NCBI GenBank assembly: GCA_001687465.1
Contig: LVLI01000278.1
Span: 62,001 to 126,000, forward strand
From: Halocafeteria seosinensis
Taxonomy: Eukaryota
Direction: 5' to 3'
DNA length: 64,000 bases
In this document: positions 50,278 to 62,503 of the stretch, piece by piece
Layout of the letters: every line of letters begins with the position of its first letter
Position numbering within the stretch: the stretch's first letter is position 1
Made by a program: the position numbers and the translations under genes
Notes under the pieces: generated by a model
Databases searched by the model: none
Seen by the model: the letters and a program-made list of their open reading frames with translations, nothing else
What the model was told of the DNA's origin: nothing

Positions 50278-52077
50278 TCATGACGAAGTACGGCTACTGC
50301 TCTTCGAGCTAGAATAGGATGCACTCCTCGAGTAGTCATCTACCGACTCTTCCTTCGATTCAGAGGGGGGTTTTGGGTGGCTCGCTGCTTGAGTTGAATT
50401 GGACACTTCCGGCTTATCCGCAGTGGAATCACCATTGAGGCTATCCGTCCCCTCACTAGCACCACCCCATAAACTACGATGTGAAGTATGTTGTTCATCC
50501 GTTGCTTCCGTCACTTGATTCAATGAAGGACTCCCCGGCGCTAATTCGCCTGTTTCCCATGGATTGTCCAAGGGCTTGGTGAATATGCAGAGTATATTGC
50601 TTTGAGACAACTGGTCCATCCTCTGGCTAGCGTTCAAAACAACGTGGCGAACACTGTGAAAGTGCACCTTTTGCAGGAGATATGCCTCAAAGTCCTCTGG
50701 AAAGAATTCCATGGCTTCAAAATTACCCTTAATTTCCTGTTGTCGCCACACCAAGACAGAATCAGAGCACGCGAGATATGGTGTTGGTGGTTGATGCCTC
50801 CTAACTCACCTTATGCATATTCTGTTTCTTTTTGTAAGAGCGCCAAGCTGGCGCTTGCAGAATGAGTCGGCCACCAGGAACCAGTAATTCTTTGATTCCG
50901 AAGAAGAGCTCCTGGATACCTGAATCACCTCGATTTAACTGAATCCATTTCGTAACGTTCCAGCTGCAGGCCAAACAACACGAGGAGGTATACAGACCTG
51001 TATGTAACATTGACAATTTTTCGTACCATATGATCACATTGTACGTCTCTCTTGGGTGGTTTCCTTCCCTTAACGCTTCCAAAAAATCCTCATGGCGAAA
51101 CAACACGTTGAAAGGAAACGTAGAACGCTGCTGCTCCTTCGCTGGTAAGGTTGGTTGTTTCGAGATTATGCCGTGAGTAATGGGCAAAGACAACGGGAAC
51201 CTTTTTCCACAGTTTTTTTCATGTTCATGCTCTGTTGCCATACCCCCAGCACTGTTATCATGGTTATGGTTTTGTTGCTGTGAATGTGAAGGCCCATTCA
51301 GTCGCTGCTTCAGTTCTACTGACGACGATGAAGCAGCTGCACCAGCGCTTGCAGAGGCAGCTTCTTCTGTCTCATGCTCGTTCTCCCCACCAGCACCTAT
51401 CCCCTGTTCTTCGTTGTCTCGGCACATAAGCATCGTAGCTCGTTCACGTACGAGTTTCCTTGCTCGCTTTATCAAGAGAGGGTCAATATCCTGCCAAAGA
51501 ACCATCTCGCGTAAGGCACCTTGGTCTCACGTGGGCTCAGAATGTACTTGTTACTTACCACTCCCAAAACAAAACGAGGACTGAATTTCTCAGCGATAGC
51601 GATGGGCACATACCCCGCATTGCAGCCAATATCTAGCACATTGGCATTTGAGAAGAGCTCAGGGTCCAAGCGCATTAAGCGTCTATCGGCGAACACTTCC
51701 TCCTCGTCCCATTTATCCGAATATCCTGCTCCTCCGACTTGAAATCCCTTGTACGTATCAAAGTTCCCGTATCGAAACTTGCGCAAATCGTCCGAACGTC
51801 CACATTGCTGCCGATTAGCAGGAGGGATGGAGTCTTCCAGCTCACTCGGAGACAATTGGCGTCGACGTTTTCTCTTCTTTCGGCGCTTTTGCGACGCCGA
51901 CTCTGTTTGCACTCCCTTGGTAACCTTGCTATGATGTATCTCATTGGATATGGAGCTTGCGCTAGCTTGTTGTATAGCAGTTCCTGTACGACTACCACTG
52001 CTGGGGTCGTTAGAGAGTGCTACTTCCTCCTCAGTGTCATTACTCCGTTTGCGTTTTGCTTTCCGTATTCGCGGCAT
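50278..52077 (-). CDS. Bin3/MePCE-type SAM-dependent RNA methylphosphate capping enzyme
   Basis: FRYGNF, VLDIGCNAG, DIDPLLIKRAR, VTKWIQLNRGDSGI, LVPGGRLILQ and WRSYKKK. Confidence 0.9.
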
Positions 52078-52610
52078 CACTCTGCATATTTTTCTAGTAC
52101 TACTAATATTGGTGAGGGGGATGTATCATTTTTCTAAGCATCGAGGGACTATCAATCAACACTAGTGCGACCGCACGTTCTACGGCCCAAGACGGCCGGG
52201 TCGCGAAGTTACAAAGTGCAACACGATAACCAGTTTGAGATTTCAAGCTGAGAACCAATTTTGTCGGCGATTAGGTCACCACGTATTTTTGCATCTAACG
52301 AGGGGATACATTCCTCATGGCTATGGATAATGTGCACACCGTACCGTTGGTAGTGAGCCTGCTCGGGAAAGACGCGTTCCTCTGACAGGTTCTCACGGAA
52401 GAGATCATCAAGCGGAGACTGAACCAATAGGTCATGACTGGTTAAGCTTTATTTCGCCTACTTCGTACCGTGCCCAATACATTCACTATATGGGTGATAA
52501 GCGTTTCTTTGGGTTCTCTCGGACGTTTCAAAGAAAGTCAGCAAAACATACATATGTACATAGTGCTTATAAGAAGTACAACTTACAAGGGTATAAGCGC
52601 GTTTCTACCA

Positions 52611-53142
52611 TTGGTAGCATTCTCGAACGACTAGGATAAGAAACAACAGCAGTACAAAGCGGATAGTCTTGTTCTTCTTACTTTGCTCCTCGATTCTACG
52701 TAACAGTCGTACAGCGTTACAACATTGTACTACACTGTAAACTTTCCACTGCGTCCACTCGACCTCTCCAGCTCGCCACATGTAAGGCGGTGATTCCATC
52801 CTGTTTCATAGGATTCGCGAGTTAAAGACAATTTGGAATGGGTTCTTAGGAAACATTTCGTTTTATGCTTACGTTGTTCGGCACCGTTGGAACTGCCTTG
52901 TGAACATCTACAAGCTCCAGCAAGAACCACTTCGGGCACTTCTCCATGGCACAATGGAAAGGAGTCACGCCGTTCTGTGTACCAAACACAAACGTCGGGC
53001 ATGTACAACCGGGGAAGCATGAGACTCTTCGTACTTACTTTGTCTTTAGTACCCACCGATGCACCATATCGAAGAAGCAGTTTAGACATTTGCGTAGACC
53101 CACATAAGTTGCAGTACCGGTATGCAAGGGTGTCATTCCATT
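52611..53142 (-). pseudogene. Direct, near-identical copy of three ankyrin exons plus introns from ~55431-55934
   Basis: Matches the main gene almost base for base. It carries a 17-nt insertion at 52721-52737, one extra G near 52935 and small indels at 53105-53120. Confidence 0.9.
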
Positions 53143-53371
53143 GGCTATTATGAGATGGTCACACATACCAAAGAATGACTACTTGACATGTACAAGCCCA
53201 ATATTCGATAGTTCTTGTGGTTGCAATGGTAAAGCAATAACAAGACAGTATATAGACGGAGACTCGGGTTTTGGTTTCTTCTCGTGACTCCGAAACAGCG
53301 GTGTGAGGAACTGGGTAGCTCACACGACTTTGGTGTGAGGTCAGGGGAGTCACAGGAAAATTCTTCTACCA

Positions 53372-53750
53372 CACGAGAAAGAACACCGCGTACCGAAAAC
53401 TCAGCAGGGTCGAATCCTGGAACTGGAGAAGTTTCCGCTCATCGTGAAGTACGCGAGTTGCTCCTCCACGAGCTTACTGATAAGTGTTTCCGTTGCATCG
53501 CGGAGGGTTAACCTTTAGGATGTTTTAAGAAACTAATCGGCGAGCTTCTAAGTAAGGGTGTCTCCTGCGCGTTTGCATGGAAGGCACTCAGGACGGTTCC
53601 GGGAGATGCTTCACTCAATAATCGGCTCAGATACGCGCAATACGTCGTAGAGAATAATTTAGGAGACGTTAACGGGGAAAACATTGTAGATGTTGCTGCC
53701 TGAAGGTTAACATTCCACTAAATTTATTGGTAGTTGCTTATTTGGCGCAG
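53372..53750 (+). pseudogene. Inverted, more diverged copy of ~55935-56350 (end of the large exon plus the following intron)
   Basis: Translates ERTPRTE...PGTGEVSAHREVRELL...DKCFRCI, then hits a stop and deletions. The donor gtaagt has become gtagat. Confidence 0.88.
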
Positions 53751-54066
53751 ACTATATGAATATCAGCCCCTTTTTCAACTAAATGTGTTGTAGCTAATAT
53801 TCATGCAGGTTACATTTATCCAAACCACCTAAAACAGAAAACGGACAATGCATGGTTTGCCTTGGTAAAGATTGTTATAAATATAAGTTAAGATGTCACA
53901 GAGAACAGGCAAGTACCGTTATGTCCATCAATAAGATATGGATTTAGAATTTTCAAATCATATAGTTATTGATATAACCTGAATGGGTTCAGTGGATGAC
54001 TTGGAACTGAGTGAAATAATATGTAATAATTATATTCAAGTTCAAATCCCAGACTTTAGAGGCTCC

Positions 54067-57000
54067 TTACACGGTATCCGGAACGCTGCCCGGGTCGCTA
54101 CAACCTGAAATTTGTTTATGCAGTCCAGTCGTTGCGCAAGTGTGGTGGGACTTTGTAGGTGGCTCCTCAACTTTTTCTTCGCGATCTCGTTCTCGTTTGC
54201 ACGTGTTTGTTTTTCTATGTTCTTGCAATTTGTCTTCAGCCCATTGACGAATGCGCTCTCGGAGCTCAGAATCGGGATTCAATGTGCAGTCGTCCAACTC
54301 TTGGTTCGTTATGGGTGAAGTTGTCTTCGTCGCTAGCCACCGACTGATGGCACGATACTCGTACGACTGGCCATCCGCCGCTTTCACTGGGTGGATCATT
54401 ATCTCATATGTTATTGGACACATGTACTCGTTGGGAATTTCTACACGGGATTGCTCGAGTAACTTGACAACTGACTGAAGTTTCTCGAACAGTTCGTCAG
54501 GATTCATCTTCAACTCCAAGAAATATCTAATTTGTCCATGTCCGCAAGATTCGGCTTCGTCCAGGGCGATCTTCCCTTCCTGCACTTTCCAGTAATCCAA
54601 AGTATCTCGAATTAGGGTGCACACAACTTGCAGGACAACCCTTACCTGGTTTCGTTCCTCTAGCTTAACTTTCTTTGTCTCCACTAAGTATTTGACCACT
54701 TCATAGGATCCATATTTGGCGGCATAATGCAGCGGCGTATTGGATCTCTGCGAAGATAATCAACCCTACAGTTGCAATTGACCAAAGACAAACTTTACCC
54801 CCTCCCCTCGCATAATGTATAACACTTACATTGTCTCTTTGTGCTGGATTGGCACCGTTCTTCAGTAGAAACAACGCGGTTTCAGGAAAGTTTGACCGAA
54901 TAGCCAAATGCAGGGGGCTAATATGTTTCTGGACCGAGAAAAACGCATGGGGCATAGTTGAGTGAATACACTGAAACGTTAGTAGCTGTTCAAATCTTAC
55001 TTTACTGACGAAATTGACCATATCACCCGCATCGCCTTCTGTCAGTTTTTTTACTACAGGCAGATGTCCCTTGTCAGCCGCGAGATGTAGAGCAGTGTAA
55101 CCACTCTGCACATAACGATGTGGGGTTACTTAAACAGAACCCTCAGGAATAATCAAAACCAACATACGTTGCTTGCTGATAAGCGATCTACTTTGAATTC
55201 ATCCAACAACATCTTTACCGTCTCTAAGTATCCGTTCATAGACGCATAATGCAAAGGTGTTATCCCATTCTGCATCATGGAGCATAAAATGCATGAGACT
55301 TTCCTTCGATGCCTTAACGAGTCTGTCACCTTACCATATCTTTGACCTCCAAGTGTGCGCCGTGACAACACAGGAAACGGAACACTTTACAGTGGCCATT
55401 GGCCGCAGCGTAGTGGGCCGGGGCAATTCCTTGCTGTATTCTCGACCAGGGTAAGAAACAACAGCAGTACAAAGCGGATAGTCTTGTTCTTCTTACTTTG
55501 CTCCTCGATTCTACGTAACAGTCGTACAGCGTTACTAAACTTTCCACTGCGTCCACTCGACCTCTCCAGCTCGCCACATGTAAGGCGGTGATTCCATCCT
55601 GTTTCATAGGATTCGCGAGTTAAAGACAATTTGGAATGGGTTCTTAGGAAACATTTCGTTTTATGCTTACGTTGTTCGGCACCGTTGGAACTGCCTTGTG
55701 AACATCTACAAGCTCCAGCAAGAACCACTTCGGCACTTCTCCATGGCACAATGGAAAGGAGTCACGCCGTTCTGTGTACCAAACACAAACGTCGGGCATG
55801 TACAACCGGGGAAGCATGAGACTCTTCGTACTTACTTTGTCTTTAGTACCCACCGATGCACCATATCGAAGAAGCAGTTTAGACATTTGCGTAAACCCAC
55901 ATGAAGTTGCAATATGCAACGGTGTCATTCCGTTCTGCACCCCCAAATACGCAACTATCAATAAATTAAGTAGAATATTAACCTTCAGGCAGCAACACTT
56001 ACAGTGTTTTCCCCGTTAACGTCTCCGAAGTTATTCTCTAAGACATATTGTGCGTACCTGAGCCGATTATTGAACGCTATTACGTGAAGCATCTCCCGGC
56101 AACGTCCTGAGTGCCTTTCATACAAACGCGCAGGATTGCCGCCCATACTTAGAAGCTCACCGATTAGTTTCTTAAAACAGCCTAAAGGTTGACCCTCCTC
56201 GATGCAACGGAAACACTTATCAGTATGTTCGTGGGGATCGGGGAAGAGCAACTCATTGCGTACGTCACGACGAGCGGAAACTTCTCCAGTTCCAGGATCC
56301 GAAGAGGTAAGTCTTGCTAAGTCCTCGGTGCGCGGTGTTCTTTCTTGTGGGGCATAAGAATCTTCATGAAAACCCCTTGATCTCTCACTAAACTCGTGTG
56401 AAGCAGCCTGCTCCTCACACCAGTGCTTCGCCTTTTTTGCTTCATGCGAGGCGTTACTGGCCTCAACACGCACTTCCTCAAGTTCAGCTCGAGAAATACC
56501 CCATTCACTTTTTCGAGCATTGCACTGCTCCACTAAACCCAGTTTCTGCTCAAGACGTGCAAGTCTCTCAGTTGAATCGGCTAATTGCCCTTGGGTGGAG
56601 GATGCACTCCCACCTCCTAGATACTCGGCACCCAAGGCTTCACTTCGGTATCGCAACATAGCTTGGTTGATTGAACGCCGGTCATATCTCAACGCATTCA
56701 ATAGTTGCCGTGCACTGAAATGATTTGCACCTATATCACCTCGCATACAAACTTTCACAATTGCCATTCCGCAAGCAAGTCCTTCTTCCTCATAAACATC
56801 CGTCGGTGGGTCCGACATGATGCGATCCTGGATTCGTTGCCAATTCTCCCGCGGTTTCTTTGTGGGATCCAGTGAATCAATGTGATCTTTGAGTCCCAAT
56901 GTAATATTCCGCGTGACATGCTCGATAAGCCGCATAATTTCGGTGTGAGTGGGTGCCACTGATAGCAAGTTCTTCACAGCATGAGTGATATCCAAGTTCA

Positions 57001-58485
57001 CATATCCTTTCATCAACATATGCAACGCGCCACTAATCTGGCTTGCAATCGGAACATTCTGAAGCAATGCATTCAGTAAAGAGGTAATCATCGACTTCTT
57101 TTTGCCGCCTGTGTTGACAGCAACATCACCCGAGCGGACACTCATCGCTGCGATAAAGTAATCATACACGATTGAATTCAGACAGGTATAAAACGCCTGT
57201 AACTTAGAATCCGTCTGGATGTACGCCAAGACTTTGTCTTCATCCTCTTTTTCCAAAGCCCGAGGGGTTTCATGTCGATGAGCTGCTACCCTAGTGTTGG
57301 GCAAGACGCGCGTCCGAAGTTCTTCAACTTCTTGCACAGTCAGTGTCACGTATTCTTGCTGCGCACGGCTCGCTTCCGATCCTGAAGTTGCTGTTGTTGG
57401 CTTGTCGTCGAGCTGCTTATGCGATCTAATCGCATTGGCGCGCCCAGAAGCACCAGATTCTTTGGCCTTGGTCTCGCTCTCGGCGCCAGCAGAGGTCGCA
57501 TTGGTCGTAGATTGTGGTTGTTGGCGGTGCTTATGTTGGTGAAGCTGAGGCTGTTCGGGTCTACTGTGTCTTTCGTCCCCTTGCTGTGACGAAGTTGGCG
57601 TTGGACGATTCTTGTTATCGCTCTTCCATTGTTGTTTTTCCTTCTGCTTGATCTCTTCAGTTTCTCGCTTGGCTCGTTCGGGTTCTTTCTGCAATCGACA
57701 AACACCAAGGAAAAAGATAAAGGAACAATAATTGGCTCCGTACTTAACAACAGTGGCAATGCACAATCATTGCACTAGAAACGTCAGGCCAACCAAAACA
57801 CAAACACACGAAAACTAATTCATAATAGCCCATAAACACAGCAACTGTGACCGGTTTCACGCTGTACGTCGTCGAAGCGACCTACCCTCCCTTATTCATC
57901 ATCTTGTTGTTGTGTGGGGAAACGCAGCAAGCTAGTCTCATTCCACTGGAACGAGTCTTCGACAGCATACTTGCTTGCTGGCGGAAGTCGTCGTGGTCTT
58001 ACCTCCTTTCTCTGCTCTACCAAATGCTTGATTCTGTCTGTAAGAGATTGATCCTTGATTTCATTGCGGTCTATATCAATATCAGTCAATGTGGTATTGA
58101 TCCGCAGAGCCTCCACCAAATGTAGAGCTCCTGTATCACCGATTTGATTCCCTCCTAAATTAATCTTAGTCAATGTAGTATTGTCCCGCAAGGCATTCGC
58201 CAAATGTTGAGCTCCTGTAGCACCGATCTGATTCCCTTCTAAATCAATCGTTGTCAATGTCGTATTGTTTCCCTTCCGCAAGGCATCTGCTATGTCTCTT
58301 GCATCTTTGTCATCCAAATTCTTGCTGTCAAGATCCCGTCCTGTACTCGTATACTCTGAATCATTTCGTCGAATCCGTTGAATACTCGTCTGCACTTGTT
58401 GTAGCGTAGTCTGTAGCCTACACATCTTCCGGTAGGAGCAATACGCGACATTCGAAGAAACGTCGTAGGAGCCAGTGTCCATCAT
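54067..58485 (-). CDS. LRR - unknown helical domain - ankyrin repeats - U-box protein (putative E3 ligase); one ankyrin exon is frameshifted as given
   Basis: 28-aa RI-type LRRs (NTTLTTIDLEGNQIGATGAQHLANAL), large exon 57688-56003, eight single-ankyrin exons, and U-box IPNEYMCPITYEIMIHPVKAADGQSYEYRAISRWL...SPITN. Confidence 0.85.
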
Positions 58486-59748
58486 CTTTCAACTCTCCGT
58501 TCTAAAAGGAGAAACAAACAGAAAACCTTAACTCGCAGTCCTGCAATAAATTGCGAAGGGTGATGCTCAAGCATAGTCCCGAGCACTTAAACATGATGTA
58601 TAATACATCACGCACGCGTCCTTACGGCCGTCAGCAAACCCTCGGCACTGCCACTTACCAATATATGCCGTAAGCCAGCTCGACTAAGCTAAGCACTTTA
58701 ATGGCTTTGTTTACCTTATCACAAAGTGTGTTTGTACAACACGATAATCAAAACAATCCGTGTTTACCTGAATGACCGGTGTTGGCTTCCTTGGCATGCA
58801 TGGTTCTTGAACACTGTGTGAACCATGAACACTGTTGAACCACGTGTCGCGCAGCGCTGTGAGGTATTGGAAGCCGTGTGAGGCATTGCAATCCTTGAAC
58901 AAGATGGGCATTTTACAGTCTATTGAACGGACAAAACCTACACAAATGGAGACCTTGGGCTAATGGGATGGTTTATAGTCTACTGGATGCCGCCACATAC
59001 TACTGGTAATACTATAACTGGCCTGCTTTTCCCCTTCAACTTCAGCTGACCCTGCGCTTCACTGAGGGTGGGTTCGTGCGGAGTAGCCTCAGTTACATGT
59101 ATTCCGGAATTCTGACTCAATAGATACCCATGCCTCACATATATATGTGTGTGTGCCTCACAGTCAGTATTTTCTCGTCTGACCAGGTCCCTGATTGCGA
59201 AACGCCATTCAACAATGGAGAGAAGTTTTGTTCAAGAGTGTTTTACCATTGTCCCATGACCGTCTTACAGACCGTGAGGATTGCCAACGCAATCGCGGCA
59301 AAGAACAAGCAAAAACAGAAAACCAAAAAACAAGGCTCACCCACACTGCAGAACATCTCGGGTGGAAACCAGGTAGGAGAGCAACCGAAGAGCAAGCACG
59401 AATTTATTTATACCGTGGTACGTGCAAGAGCAAGTGGGGACACAGACAACAATAACCTCCCGTAGTAGTGTGTATTATTTATGACATCCCAATCCTAAGT
59501 AACAAGCAGTTCCCCCTTCACTTTTTGTCGACATAGACATTTTCGCGCTCCTTCAAGCAGCCATGGGCTTCCTTAAACATCCATAAATCTTGTCGAATAC
59601 CAAGAATTTCGGAATATACCTGTAGAAAGGCCCAAAGTGCATTCCAAACGGACAAAATTTGAAAACTAGAGCGTCCCGCACCTCGCTGCAGACGGTAACA
59701 AGGAAGACGACGTTATCCCTGGTGGTTTCTTTGAAGTTTTGGAGTACC

Positions 59749-62118
59749 TTAGCTGCTGTACGCTGAGCGTAAAAGTTCATACGTTTCCTCGAGATCGGCG
59801 GTGACGTCCAGGACTAGATTCTGGAAGTCTTGGTACGTCTTCAACTCCCTCTGCGCGAGAACTTCATCTCTGTAGGAGCAGCCTGACCAAAACGGTTATC
59901 CGGTAACGAATTAATTCTTACAGTTGCGAATGTCAGGATAGTTTTCTAAATGAACATACTAGTAACTGAATGTGAAGCCCATAGTCCCTGTGAACTACTG
60001 CCGAGCCAACTTGTACATCGGTCTAGCCCGTATGTACAAAACCTTGGGCTTCTTCGGAAAAACACCGATGAAGAACCAGGAGCGTCTTCCTCTTTCTGGC
60101 ATTCAAGCTGTTGTTGCCCAGCACTAAAGTTACACAGCACACTACATTGCGATGTTAAGTTGGCTCACATACCCGAAGTTTGTCCCCGAACCTGCTGGAG
60201 TCCCCGCGACGCAGGACCCGAGATCCCAATGCAATGCCCAATGGGGGAAGATTCCAGGCAGTGGTACTATCGGAGCTATGGGAATGGTGAATGGTCTGGT
60301 GCCAATATCGTGAGGGGTAGTATACGAATTCTCCCGGTTGTACCTGCATGAACGCTAGAGTGTTCGGTGTTAGGTGTTGAGAGAACGAATTTCGCGATAC
60401 CGTCTTACAGAATCTTTGTAGCATGAGGCCAAAGCAAACTCAGGCTTCGCCTCCAAGTCGGGGGCAAAGGCGTCTACGTCCCCGTCTTTCCCAAGATACA
60501 TCGTTTCTGACGGAGGGCAGAAGTACCAGGTTTTCGCCCCTGTCACTTGAAACTGCCATGCACCTAGCGGGACATCGTCTTGGTGCATATGAACTCCACC
60601 GGCCTCTGAGGCGATGGTAAAGAGTCTCCAAGGCACAGCATCTTCGTAGGAGTCCTGAATCTCAGGGTTTCCAAAACAGGCTCCGGGATAAAGACCGTAA
60701 GATTCGTCCTCAAATAACGCCGGCAACGAGAGATTACTAATGCTTAGGAAACTTTTCATTGCATACCACTCCAACGTGCTCGGAATCCATTGAATATTCT
60801 GCCCATGATTGGAGTGACTGCGTCACGGAGGAACAATTCGCCTTTATGACAGTCAGAAGTGGCTCGACTTCGATCCTTACTTTGTTAGCGTCTCAGATTC
60901 GTAGACAGCCTTTCCATTTGTGTGCTCCAAAATCTTCAGCCCCCGTTTCTGAACGGAACGTTAATATTATTCTCCTTAACATACTGTCATGAGAGCCGGT
61001 ATACGCTGACTTACAAGTGAAAGCCATCCGAATGCCTTTGAAGCTTGCTGGATTCCGAAAGGGTAATACTGAAGATATGTCTTGTCCGAGAAGTATTCAA
61101 GAATTGTCTCAACTTTCTGTTGTATCAGCTCCAAATCACTGGAGGAAACGATACCAGTGAGAATGAAAGGAAGGTAGCCGTCAGCATACGCCTTGTTCCT
61201 GGGGAGATACAGTTCCTCTAGCGAAAGTCGCCTCAGCTTCGTAGGCGTCTTCGCTTGAAGCTGGTAGTTCTGCTGCTTGGCATCCATGAGTATCCTTTGT
61301 CCCATGTTGCGTCCTTTGGCCACAACTTGATCGCGAATGCACTCTTGGTAATTTATCTCGATCACTGTGTTAGATGAATCATCCTCCAGGGCGTCTCGCA
61401 ATAGTTCGCAGGCTTTCTCGTAGCGATGATGTCTCATGTATGCTACACCAAGGTTCACTCTAGTGTAAAGAGACTGCTAGAAGGCAAATGCTTGTTGCAA
61501 TAGAAATATGGGAAGCAGTCCATATAGCAATAGACAGAAGCTTACCCCTGGATCCAATTCATATGCTTTTTCGAACAAGTGCATGGCGTTCTCGTCACTT
61601 AACGCTGCTATCTCCATCCCCTCTTGTACCAAAATTTCAGCTTGCTCTTCAGGTGGTAAAGACATTGTTTCCAACCGGAGTAGCACTTTCTTCTCTAAAA
61701 TTTCAGCCTTCATCTTGCGTTTGTTCTCTTCTTCTAAACTCTCGCGGGCAGCTTGAGGGGTATCGATTTTCCCTATTGTTTTCGTCCGTTCTATGTGCCT
61801 CAGGAATGCGTCCTCTGCCATCTCTTCTGAGTTTTTCCATTCCGGCGATTCTTCATCGTACCCTCTGTTTCCAGGAGGAAGTAGGCCTGCTTCTGCTACG
61901 TAATCCCAAATCTCGTCATAGTGTCGATCTATGACCAAATCCTCCATGATTGAGTTTCGGAATGACTTGATGAAATCCTCTCTCAGATCGCTGTGCTGTA
62001 GGGAGAGATAAGTCCCCGAAATGACATCCTTCCGTCTTCGCCTTGATTCGCTGTTGCTCAGTGCAAAGAGCGTTATTATTAAGACGATTACACATTTTAG
62101 CCTTGGAACTGCTTGCAT
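59749..62118 (-). CDS. Signal-peptide TPR + JmjC (cupin) 2-oxoglutarate oxygenase
   Basis: Hydrophobic N-terminus CVIVLIITLFALS; TPR LFEKAYELDP / NLGVAYMR; JmjC GGVHMHQD, WQFQVTGAKTWYFCPP and VYYPSRYWHQT. Confidence 0.82.
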
Positions 62119-62503
62119 TGCTCGGCTCCAACTTCTAAATACGGCGAGTTTGTCCAACCCATGTATCCACGTTCCCCTTGCGTGTCCGTTAGTTCGGCAT
62201 TATCTTTCCTTCATGTACACGGCGTGACTGTCCTACACGCTGTGATGATAGTAACTTGTAGGTCCATCTTGTAACCCCATCTTGTAACCGGTAGCAACCA
62301 GGGGGCCGGTTGCCATAACGTTGTTGAAGTTCTGTCGAGCGGAAAGTGGCACTTGAAGAGTCAGACCCTGAGATCCCACGAAGGTAATTTGTTCGGTATT
62401 GTAAGAAAGCGAACATCGTACAACACGTTAAGAGAGTGTAGAAAGGAAGACTCCTTTGTTTTTCCTTTGTAATTGCGTTTGGTTGTAAAATAGAGAGGAA
62501 ATA

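Noticed and set aside
58500..59550. Short ORFs upstream of the LRR gene as a possible transposon remnant
   Set aside because: No transposase or reverse transcriptase motifs, terminal repeats or target duplications were seen.
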